A DNA stretch of 64,000 nucleotides from Diadema antillarum (lineage: Eukaryota), in assembly GCF_040938485.1 (NCBI RefSeq), contig NW_027271318.1, positions 434,001 to 498,000 of the forward strand, in the 5' to 3' direction. The notes below the pieces were generated by a model. That model saw nothing but the letters and a program-made list of their open reading frames with translations. It did no database searches and had not been told where the DNA came from. The position numbers were made by a program, and so were the translations under genes. This document shows positions 49,680 to 61,150 of the stretch, one piece after another. The number at the start of each line of letters is the position of its first letter. The first letter of the stretch is position 1.

Positions 49680-52600
49680 TCACTCGCAGCCCTCGTTGAC
49701 GTCACTGGAGTTGTTGCTGCCGTCGCCGTCGGTTCGATGGGTCTCCATGTAGTGCTTCATCTTCTCCAGGATGTCGAGTGGCAGCTTGAACCACTGCAAC
49801 TCCTCCAGGGCCACATTGTCCGCCTCTCTGTTCAGCCAAGGGAGTGGAGGAGGAGGATTAAGGTTGGAGAGGGGAACATGGAAGGGTGGGGAGTGGGAAG
49901 TGGGGAGTGGAAAGGTGGGGTGGGTGTGGAGGGATGGAGGGGGTGTGGAAGAGTGGAGGTGTGTTTGGAAGGTGGAAGTGGGCATGGAAGAATGTGGAAG
50001 GGTGGAGAGGGTTGTAGAATTGTTGGTTGGGTGTGAAAGGGGGGATTGCAGAATTGTTGGGTGGGTGTGGAAAGGGGGTGGTGCAGAATTGTCGGGTGGG
50101 TGTGCAAGGGGGGGGGGGTGCATAATTGTGGGTTGCATGTGCAAGGGGGGCATGGATTGAGAGAAGAAAGAGATGGATGAAGGTTAGTGCCAAAAGCATA
50201 CACAGCTTGTCCTACTGAGTGCCACTAAAGGGGTGACCCTGGGTAGAGATCTGACACACTCGGTGCAGTCAGCTCTCCTTTGAGAGAAATCTACTTGGAC
50301 CAAATGATTAGTTTTTACTTCAACAATAACTGAACTTGTATGATACAATCACCACAAACTTTTCAAACAGTTGGCAGGCAATTTACTCCAGCTGAGACAG
50401 TATTTGATCTAAGACTTATGTAATTTCAAGTAATTCATGTCAGATTGACCATGCCTGAATTACCAAATTACCTTCTGTATCTCTATGTGCAAAATGACTG
50501 GTCAGGAAGGAAAGTTACAGAATGTTCAATATAAAGGGTTTGCAATGCTTTGAGGAATTGGATTCCCAAAAATTGTTTCAAAACCATGAGGATAAGGATA
50601 TTCTGCATACATGTATTCCTATCAGCAAAACACATCATCTCTTTCATCACAGCTGGTTAAAAAATGTTAAGAACACAAAATTCTGTGTCAGCCAATAGTG
50701 AGCTTTAGACCTGCGACATTTACAACGCATCTCCTCCTAGGGTGGACAATGGAAACATATGTGACCCGCTACAACAAAAGGATCCGAAAGTCGGGGTAGG
50801 ACAATTTTCTGAAAATGGCATGACATTATTCCCTTACTCTTCTACTTTATTTTCATAGATAGCACAACTAATAAAAATACTCGGTTGCGGAGATATCGAT
50901 AATTTTATTAGCGCATAGTCAAGTACAAAATGTAGTTGGGGAAATCAGAGTTTCGAGAAAAACGCCTTCAAAGTGCACCTCCCGACGCTATCATGATTGA
51001 GCGGAGGCAAGACAGTTTTCAACACTTGATAATAGAAGGCATGCTCCTAGCGACCTCATGTTCATTCAAGCTTAGCGCCAGCAGTCTACGCACAGCCAAT
51101 CAGTAATCAGGATGCCACGCACTGACCAATAAGATCACTCCGTCGTTGCCAGGGGCAGAGTCTTGCTGCGGCGTTATATCCAAATCTTCGGACACGTTTC
51201 TGTTACGTTGAGAGTTGGAAAAATCGTGGCCCAGAAAAATGCTGATTTCTTGCCTTTCCTTTGATCATTTAGCATCGAAATTTCGGCAGATGATAGACAA
51301 AACATTAGACTACAAAATTATGCCAAAAACAGAAATCCGATTGTTTTGACCAATTTTGATGATGTGACTTCAAACTCGATTTTCTCGGCTCAGCCATCAG
51401 CGACTTTAGGATCCTTTTGTTGTAGCGGGTCTGGCCAATGTGCCAAATACTGCTGCCTCATAGGATTAGCATTGCAAATCTATAGCTCACTATGATCTCA
51501 TCAGCACCACCTCCACTAAGCTTGCGAAAAAACAACTTTGCATCACATATTCAGTGCACTCCCGTTAAAACGAACACGGTTATAACAAAATTCCTGTTCC
51601 AACAAAATAAAAATCCAGGTCGCAAAATTATCGGCTCTATGTTTTTTTATTGTTTGCTTGTTCGGTTATAATGAAATTTTGATATAACGAAAGAAAACTG
51701 CAGGTCCCAAGGACTTCGTTATAATGGGAGTCTACTGTACTTAATTCAATGATCTATTGAAGTGAATTAACTTTACAAGTCTACATTTCACCAACTTGAT
51801 CCAATGCAGTGGATTCCCATTATAGCAAAGTCTTCGGGACAGGCAGTTTTCTTTCGTTATATTGAAATTTCATATAAACGAACAAATAAACAATTAAAAA
51901 ACATAGAGCCAATGATTTTGTGACCTAGATTTTTATTTCATTGTAACTCAAATTTCGTTATAATCGTGTTCGTTTTGACGGGAGTACACTGTAAAGTGAT
52001 TCTGATATATGGGCAAAAAGTCATATACAGGCCTATCTGGCACGAGATGTACCGTAAAGAAAGATTCTCTGCAATCATATCTACAATCTTCTGACCTGTA
52101 CTCATCGGTTTCGGCGAGGTCTAAGACATCATCAAGCAGCAGTATGTAAGCTTTGCCCCCAGTGGCGGGCATGAGGTGTCTGTCGTAAAGCCACTGCTTG
52201 TCATCTTGGTCTCCGGCATACTACATGTACGTGTTTGAGAGAGAAAGAGAGAGATATACTTTCAGCACATACTGTATACCACATTTCTTCCACAGCTAGT
52301 ATAACTGTGCAATTTATAAGCATCTGAATATTCTATGCGAGTCACTGCTGAGCATTTCGCTCGCAATACTCTTGGCTGTAGCATAAGTCCATGTTCTGCA
52401 CCTCCAATACATCTCGCATGGATATGACATTTAATGGGTCAAAAGGGGCTTAAGCTAGGTGGAGGTGGAATCCAATAAATCAAATCCCACAAACCCCCAT
52501 CAAAAGACTAGACCAGCCAGACTGCAGCAGTGCAACTGACTGGTATGCCCTCTGCTTTCTCTTGCAATTAGTATGGTGATCAAGTTCCTCAGCTTCGGCC

Positions 52601-54502
52601 ACTAACTTTGAGGACTGAATGTTCACTCTCTCCAAACAAAGCAAACATTTCCCACATTATTTTTATCCATTACAATAAAATACGTAACTTGGCCCCCTGT
52701 GGGAGCATAGGGTGGAAATGACATTTTCTGCTAGATTTCTCTCTGTTCTTTGACCTTGACCTTTGACCAGTCCTTTTTTTTAGCAACTGTTCCATAATTT
52801 CCATCCATCCCACCATTATCATATTACAATTCATATTTGAAAAATTTGAAAAAATGAACCCTATAGACATTGAAAGGTCTCGAAGAAATTGATTTACAAC
52901 CATAAAAAAAAAAATGTATCACCTCACTGTCTGTCACTGCCTCTTACCTTGAAGAGTTCTGGATGTTTGATGTACAGTCTGCCTCGTGTTGCACCAAGAC
53001 CAAGAGCTCTGATCGCACAAAGAGGGAAAAATTGGATATTAAGTCAAGCAAGCTTACTTCAAAGGAAGCTTAGAGTAAAGCAATGCAATTAGATCACAAG
53101 CAAGTTCCAATTTCATTCAATATCTTAAATCTTGATTAACCGAAGATACCTCATCTACATCCACATCTTTGAGTAATATCTGGAGAAATCTTTACTAGCA
53201 AATTTATGCCTCATCTCTTTTCCCACAAACAGCTAAGCTTTCCTTGAACTACCATCCTTAAAATGATTTAATTATTCCCTATACTAAATCTTTATATCAA
53301 CCACAGGTTGGTTTAACAAGCACAATGTTCATTATTTTCTCCTTCACTCAGTCATTATAACACACCTACTGAAAAAGAAAAAAAAATATATATACATATA
53401 AATATATATCTGCATGGCTTTTCAAAAAGAGCTCCAACGAAGAGATCCAAGTGTTAGTTTCAGAGAAGATCATATTTTCTGTGACTACTTCACCAAGAAG
53501 GAAAAAAAAAAATTGTGGGAAAAACATTCAAACTACATTTGTGTATATATACAGTCAACCTCGCATACCTCGAATCAGTCGGGACTGAAGAAAATGGTCC
53601 GACGTATGCAAACTTTGAGGTATGTGAACGTGAGTTTCATAGGAGGGGATACACCAGGAAAAATCAGGACTTTTATTTTGCCTCCAAGTTAAGTGATATT
53701 CGGCTAATCTGACGTCGAGGTATGCGAGGTTGACTGTAGAGCATTTGACTGTATAAACCTCATTTTCATTTTTTTTTTCTTTTTTAAGGTCAGTCATAAT
53801 CAAACAGAGAAAAATATAATCTTTTCAATGACACTGCACTTGTTTCATAACAAAAAAAAAAATTCTTGAAGATATTATCAAATTAATCACATATCTGAAT
53901 TATTTTCCTTGTTTTCAGCAAATTACATTTCAAGGGTCTCAAATTGAGAGAAAAAAGGATAGATATTACCTTTTGCATTTAAGCTCTTCATATGTTGAGG
54001 GAAAAGAATACAAAGTCTGTACTAAAAAGAAGCTTACTTGTTTGCCTTGGCCCCCATGACAAATTTGGTGTCTGACTGGAGTCGACCGGGGTCCCACTTT
54101 GGGCCCTCTCTCTTCACCGGCTCCACTTTCACCTTATTGGGCTTGTAGTTGCCTGACGACGTCGTGATGACGTCAGTGTAGTCGCGGTGGTGGGCTGGTG
54201 GCCGGCCCTTTCTCTGATGGTGGGTTGGAGAGAAATTATTATCAGTGAGAGCCACTGCACAGTGTCTATTCTGAGAAAATAGTACAGTTTGCCTACACCT
54301 CATCAGTCCACATTACTGCGTAACACTTTGTTTTCATGATGAAACTTGGTTGCAATACTTGAGTGATGGTGTAACAGTGTATCAGGGTTGCCAGGACTCT
54401 GAGTATTTATAGCTCTTTTTATTTGTCACTCTCCCATTTCCATATACACATCACTCACCATCCTATTAGCAGATCATATCAATGTGGCAAAACATCCCTG
54501 AA

Positions 54503-54540
<38 letters not shown>

Positions 54541-57500
54541 TACAGAGGATGTGGTACTCACAACATAAGACAAATGGTGCATGAATCATAACAGCATCAG
54601 GAATAGGGATGCATAGCATTTCATTGCACTAAAAGTCATATACTTGAAATCCGGAGCAACACAAATGGCCCTGTTGCATAAAAATTTAGAGCAAACGTAA
54701 GTCAGAAAATCAAGCATAAGTCGGCTATTGGTAAATGAGAATGAAGTATTCACAGACTCATGCGTGATTTTCTGCCTAATGTCTGATCTCATCTTTTATG
54801 CAACAGGGCCCTGAGGAATAATATAAATATTACAAGCACATTTCAAGAAGGTACTAACAGAATAGAATCTTATACTGCATTACTATTCTGTTATCTTACC
54901 TTCCGTGTCTGAATCGTGGGAGTCGGCCTCAGGGAAAACGTTGTGGATTCATCACTGTTGTACTTTGACCTCTGTGGAAGACATATTCTTTTCATTACCA
55001 TACAATTTCTGAATCATAATCTCTCAATAAAAACTTCGTTTTAATGCAACATGGGCAACTGCAATACAAGCAATGGATTTTGACGGACTCTTGTGGCATT
55101 CTCACTTCAAAAGAATAAAAGAAGTAGTTGCTACATTCCCCCAAAGTGTATACCTTCTATCTTGTTGCTTTTATGAATCTGATCTCTATAAATGCACTTC
55201 AACATTGTAAACTACAGTGTAATAATAGTTGGTTCAAAAGGGTCTAATGAAGCCATAGTTTGCTCTTTTGTAAGCACCACAATTATTTGTTCCTTGATTC
55301 ATAATAACATTCCTTAATGAATGAAAAAAAACAATTTGACATGTCCCTGGGCTGCCAATATTTACACATCAGAAGTCAAGGAGGTCCCAAAGACTACGTA
55401 GGGAGAAAGTTGTGCATAACACACATCTTCACAGGCACAGATGTTGCCGAAAATCAAGGACGGAGGCTTTCATAGTCTTTTGTCAAGACATAAGAGCGTC
55501 CTGACGAATCAATGAGACTTGCCAACTGTGCTTAGTCTCCACAGGAGGATCTCTATTCATTGTGTCACAGGCGAGGGCAAGTTTCGGGGGTGGGGGGGGG
55601 GGGGGGCTGGGGGGCTGACCTTTCTGTCGGGCTCGTCGCAGTCGTCCTCGTCATTGCGCCTGAGAGCGGCGTCCGTTGTCCTCATGCGGTCGAGGTGCAT
55701 CTTGACGTCGTTGGCATGGTGATGCTCCCTGGCGTCCTTCCCCGACACATGCTTGGTGGGCTTGAAGAGGTCCTTAGCCTGGTAATGAAATGAACATTAC
55801 TTAGTTTTAGATAATGGTCGCCATGACAACTCACATAAGTAGGACAAAGGTGGGAGAGGGGGAGGGGGAAAGGAGGCAAGTAGAGAAGACAGAGGGACAC
55901 AATATCAAACAATGAGACAGTTATAATGTCAAACACATTCATGAGCCAGAGACAGACTGAAAGAGAGAAGATAGGAGGAAGAAAGAAAGAGAGATGGAGA
56001 AAATAAGACAGAAGATGTATCTATGACAAACATGCAAGGTAAAGGTTCCCTGGTGCAACCAAAAACAGGTCAGCTATGCTTCTGTATGAGCATGATCACC
56101 TTTTGTAGAGTTCATGCTTCACACTCTCCATTAGCACCTGTATAACAAGTCATAACCCCATCAAAGAACACACGCTAGCTATTAAACTTACCGCTTCCAG
56201 GCTGTTCCTGAATACAGTCAACACATGTTCCTCGGTCACACTGTCGGTCCCATAGTTCTCTCTCATATTCTCAACAGCCATGTAAAAGAACTGCAATACA
56301 CAAATAGTATGATAGGAACAATAACAAACATAACAAATGCTTACATTTCTCAATAAGGAGGGGAGATACCTGATTAAAATGAACAAGAGCTATAGAATCT
56401 TCTTCTCATGTGTCATTCTAACATTGGTCCCTAATGAAGATAACTTTATGTAACTCATCATTTTTCTTACCCTATGAGTTTGTGATGCATTAATTTCAAG
56501 TAGACAATTCTAACCTACACATGTTCAAATGACATCAAAGGCATGCCAGTGTTCTGGTATGAATATAAATGGATGACGCAATAAAGACCAGATCGTTAGA
56601 ACAGTTTACCTACTAAGCAGATTTGAAAAGAAGAGCGATTGTCAAACAAGCAATATACTCTAAACTAGTCTTTTAGCACATCTACTTTTTACACTGCACG
56701 GAGCAAGAACCTCATATATTGGACAGAGAAGTTAAACAAGTGTGAGCTTCGGTTGCTCCTGGCAATCAGCATATAGGTGTCAAGCACCCCTAATACGGAA
56801 CTTCAAAGTTAGCAAAACTTGTTTAGACCTTTTCAGTTTCCACCGCAGAAATGACATCAACCTGTTTTGTAGTAAATCAATGCCAAGATATTATTTCTCT
56901 CACCTGGGCATAATACTGGAATATACAGTGGATGTCCTTGTTGATTCTCTTCTGCAGTGTTTCTCGCAGAATCTCCAGGGGCAGAATGGGTTCAAATACC
57001 ACCCCACTCCTGATGAAAGTCAACAAATTAAGAGAGATCAATTACATGACTTATATTCATATGATTACACATATAGACTGAAAAAAACATAATAAAAAGC
57101 TTCAGGTGTACGTTTATTGTCAAGATGTATCATTCATTCACTTACTTTTACTACCAATAACAAATAATGGAAGAATATAAGATAGTCTTTCTGCCTCTGC
57201 TATAATAGGTTTGAAACACCTGCTCTTATATAGAAAATACTGACCATCAACAGTGTAATTTAGAAAGCAAAATGTTCCAAAATAATGTTCTTTGGGTGAT
57301 CATAAACATAGGTATGGATGGAGGCCGAGCTATTTAAATCATCCATGAAAATTATGCTTCAATGTATCAATTACAACAAAAGAATAATGATTATCATTGA
57401 AAGAGATATTCAGAGAATAAACTTCTTTTTTTTTAAGGTTGTGACTCATGAACATATCAAGCAATACAGGGTCCACTTCTAAATGACATCATAAGCATGA

Positions 57501-58322
57501 TGATACCAGTGAGTATTTGACCTCTGACCTTGTTTTGAAGTTGACACCAGGTTGTCTGGTCAGTCTCTGATGCTTGCTGGTTGGAAACGTCTTCAGAGAC
57601 ATGCAAAATGGGTTTTTCTGCAAAAGGTAGACATGAAAGGACAGCAGGAAAGAGAATTCTTTGCAGTCTTTTGATGATCTCACAACAAACTGAACACTGC
57701 ACGCATACAGGTGTAGTTCAACACATCCATTACAGTCTATCATCCTGTTTAACTCTGCACTATCCATGGACTTTGCAAAATACTTTTCTTCTTTCGAAAC
57801 AAAAATAATGTCTTATTCTAGGCAGGGCAATAACATACATACACTGTACTGTGGTGGAGGGCAAAAAACATAAGAATCAGCCAATGCGCAACATCATGAA
57901 ATCAAAAAAATACATAAACACTAATCACCTCTTCAATGTGAAGATGTGGAGCATCAAAGGTATCCAAACTAATGTAGATATCTACAGTGCACTCCCATTA
58001 TAATGAACACAGTTATGACAAAATTCCAGTTACGACGAAGTAAAAATTCAGACCACAACATTATTCAGTCTATGTATTTTCATTGAAAGAAAACTGCAGG
58101 TCCCAAGGGCTTTGTTATGACGGGAGTCCTCTGCTATCAGATTTGTGGAAGATTTCTCTGTCAGCATGAGACACAACTAGCCCACAGGGTACTTGCTAAA
58201 CTATGTTCTCATATCTCTCTGTGCCCAAGAGGAAAACTTACGATTTTGTGGCGAAGGAGTGCCTTCTTCTTAGACAGGCTGTCATTGGTCCAATGAGGAG
58301 GGAGGCTTTCTACGAAACTCAT
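49680..58322 (-). CDS. DNTTIP1: Deoxynucleotidyltransferase terminal-interacting protein 1 (TdIF1, MiDAC subunit), 10 coding exons, 371 aa
   Basis: complement(join(49680..49827,52096..52220,52948..53008,54038..54213,54900..54971,55620..55778,56192..56290,56904..57009,57529..57617,58242..58322)) = 1116 nt, all GT-AG and phase-consistent. Motifs include KNPFCMSLK, LEILRETLQKRINKDI, AT-hook RKGRPP, KREGPKWDPGRL, ANKALGLGATRGRLYIKHPELFKYAGDQDDKQWL, ATGGKAYILL and LEELQWFKLP...EKMKHYME. Confidence 0.96.
49840..50160. repeat. G-rich low-complexity tract with 4 degenerate about 35-bp repeats
   Basis: AGAATTG/ATAATTG-anchored units at 50016, 50050, 50085 and 50122, with many GGG runs. Confidence 0.85.
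50763..51431. mobile_element. Non-autonomous DNA transposon (669 bp) with 31-bp TIRs, superfamily unassigned
   Basis: GACCCGCTACAACAAAAGGATCCGAAAGTCG pairs with 51401-51431 (1 mismatch). No clear TSD. Confidence 0.8.
51552..51993. mobile_element. Two about 185-bp pogo/Tigger-like MITE copies in inverted orientation (51552-51739 and 51807-51993); third copy at 57983-58133
   Basis: CAGT(G/A)(C/G)ACTCCC-type TIRs with TA on the intact ends. The second copy is the reverse complement of the first, with a 67-bp spacer. Confidence 0.82.
53550..53738. mobile_element. pogo/Tigger-like MITE, TA TSD, perfect 22-bp TIR
   Basis: TA|CAGTCAACCTCGCATACCTCGA...TCGAGGTATGCGAGGTTGACTG|TA. Confidence 0.9.
54506..54537. 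repeat. (CA)n microsatellite
   Basis: Read directly. Confidence 0.95.
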
Positions 58323-59195
58323 CGTGAAATGTCGCCGCACTTTGGTACCGCTTTACGAAGAGGCTGAGGCAAAATAAAAAACATAAAACACTAAAAACAA
58401 ATTTAGGCAAGAATGGAAAAAAAAAAAATCCAACTACCGGTAACTCTAATCCAACTTCGATATCGTGGACTTTTGGTAAACATTGTTGGGGTAATCATTA
58501 AACACCTTAAAGGAACACAACCATTGATATTAATGCTGCTGTATGTCTGTCTAGGCATCTTCTGCAATATTCTTAACATGCCACAGAGATCACTATACAA
58601 GTTGGCTTCTGCACTGAACAAAGTTACACAAGAAAGCATTCTACAGAAATCCTCGAGTTCAAGAGATTATAAAGATTGATGACATGTTGCAGAGTCAGTT
58701 GTCTACTCATTTTAATTAGGTGTAGATTCTATATCGCATAGACCTATTTGAGCAGCATGGATAAACATTAATACACTTTAAATACAGAGAGTCATAATTC
58801 ACCTTCAAATTAACACAGGACATACTGTATGATGGTTTCCTGAGACAACTGGACTAACTCGTAGTGCTATTGCTACTGTTTAAATAGTAACTCTATTTGA
58901 TTTGTTTTGTTTGTGGTTTAAAATCACATAGTAACACATGCCGGTAATCATGTAGAAATGCACACCATGCTTCACTGTTTGTCAATTGAATTTTGTGCAA
59001 CCGTTGCAGATGCTAAAAACAACCATATCAGAGAGTTTTCATGAAATTTGCAAGTCAAAAAGAGTTTTAAGTTGAAAAGTATGTCAGTCTTGCGATGTCT
59101 CAGCACAGTGCGCAGTGCATCCATTTAGCAGAGAATGAAATAGAATGTAATATATTAAACTACCTCTCTGATAATGATAGATAGATAAATAGATA

Positions 59196-59300
59196 CCATA
59201 GTTATGGGTAAACTCTGCCTAGCTGGTAAACTCGGCCACTTGTAATGCCCGCGCTGCGGGCCGAGTTTACCCGCTAGGCCGAGTTTACCCATAACTACGG
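59196..59300. repeat. Fold-back palindrome P3
   Basis: 42-bp arms with 3 mismatches (59196-59237 / 59259-59300) and central CCCGC-GCT-GCGGG. Confidence 0.88.
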
Positions 59301-59787
59301 TTGATGATATTAAAATACTCTAGTCTGATAGATAAATATGACTATGATATAAACATAGATAACCTTTCATTGTTATGGATATGATTTTGTATGTTTTATT
59401 TCAGTTGAACAAATATGGCAGAAAAGCTTGCGCGTCTCCGAAAACTGTTCAGTTGTGGTGGCTGGTGGTTTTACTCTAAATGTTTCCTACTATTGTTATC
59501 ATATATGAATTCAACGTTACACCACCAATCTACCATAACAGGTAACACCATATCGGTCCATAACACTGATCAATGCAATGCAGTGCTTATTTACGTCGAT
59601 GTAGGGCAATTTGTCAATCAGTTGCAATGAAAACACTCGACAGAAGAATTTCATGAATTTGAAGCACCACCAATTTGTCATTAACAATAACATAGACGAT
59701 CGACGGCATAGTCTAAAGAGTCTAAATTAACATGTTTTGTTAGATCTCTATGTTAGATCTAGTCTAGTCTAAATTTGTCATAATCAT

Positions 59788-60570
59788 TAGGGTAAGGGCA
59801 CCAGTAACCAGTATTCAGTCAGCCACCGGTATTCAGTCACTTATCACTAGTCACCAGCCAGTAAGTTCAACTGTCCTAACACACGCAAATCACATTAATT
59901 CACATACTTACACACTCATTCACAACAGGAAACTCCCTTAGCCCCCTCCAAAAATCCATCCAAAATCCCAAATTTTACCTTCAAAAGTGCAGAGTCGGCG
60001 CTACTTTCTAAAAGCGCGCGAATAAGGCCCAGTTTTAAGAGTACGGGTCGCTGAAAAAGCGCTAAAAATTGAGAAATACGCCGTTCTCTCGCGGGATTTT
60101 TCGCTTATCGCAAGCTTGGAGTGTAATGGTATCCTCAAAAACGCAAAAGAAAAACAAAATTTCCGTACGTGCCGATACAGTGTCCCAATGTACAAGGGTT
60201 GAATGCAAGTGCCGAGGCCCCAGTATTCGGTCACCAACGGTCGCCGCAAGGTCCCCGATGCAATTTTGCGCCAACAAGGTAGCGCGCGAGCGCATTTTTC
60301 AGCTGCCTTGAACACGCATTGACTTTGAACGCGCACATCGCGTGACCGAATACTGGTGCCGGTGACCGTATACTGGGGAATTTTCAAGGGGAAATATTTC
60401 GGGATTTTGTGCAATTCTGTGAGATATTTAACAAAATGAAAGTTGAGATTAAAGAAATTTGATATATTTCACACATACATTGCTGTAGATATGATGTATG
60501 TATATATTATTTTAGTTTGAAAAATATTGCAAGAAAGCTTAAGCGACCGAATACTGGGGATGTTACCCTA
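59788..60570. mobile_element. MITE-like element (about 780 bp) with TAGGGTAA...TTACCCTA ends and repeated CCAGTATTCGGTC motifs
   Basis: Inverted terminal TAGGGTAA followed by ccagtattc(a/g)gtc. The same motif recurs internally in both orientations (about 60220, 60345). Confidence 0.6.
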
Positions 60571-60933
60571 GGGCCTAACCTAGTCACTGACACTATATGG
60601 CGGGAACCAACACGAGTACCAAGCCAAGTTAGCCAGAGTACTACCCACACTCACAAGTCCCTTGTCTTTCAATGTTGGCTGTATAATAAGCTGTAAGAAG
60701 TTGTAATGACTTCTAAGCTAGCTTGTGGTGCAGAAACCAATGAGAACGAATACCGGTACACTACCACACAAGGTGTCAACCATTCCTGCCACACCACACT
60801 GTCATGTCACAGAGTAACTTCTCCATACATAGCTAGCACTGAATGTTAGTTAAGTAGTAACGTTAGTACATTTGTATGTAGTAAAACTATCCGTCTTCTC
60901 GGAAGAACACCCCAACAGGAGGGATAAACTTAC

Positions 60934-61150
60934 CAAGTTAACACGCTCGGACAGATGAGTGGCCAAAAAGGAATATGTTCGCGTTGATTCTAGGGAGTCT
61001 AACACTTTTGTGATATCTGTTGAAAGTAGAATTGTATTTTCAGCCGGCTGTCTGTACGTGTCACGTAGACCTATAGGCAGGTAGGTCGTGGTGTGATTAG
61101 TGAAGTCTGTCTCGGATCGATCGATCCCGGGTACGTTTATGCAGCAGCGT
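60934..61150 (-). other. Probable non-coding first exon / CpG-rich promoter of DNTTIP1
   Basis: Strong minus-strand donor TTG|GTAAGT (GT at 60933-60932) in a CpG-rich patch. The ATG-bearing exon is preceded by a good acceptor (tttattttgcctcAG at 58365-58364). The 5' boundary is approximate. Confidence 0.55.

Noticed and set aside
49828-50203. Pro/His-rich and Gly-rich ORFs on both strands
   Set aside because: These are translations of a low-complexity G/C tract. Only 49680-49827 is the DNTTIP1 terminal exon.
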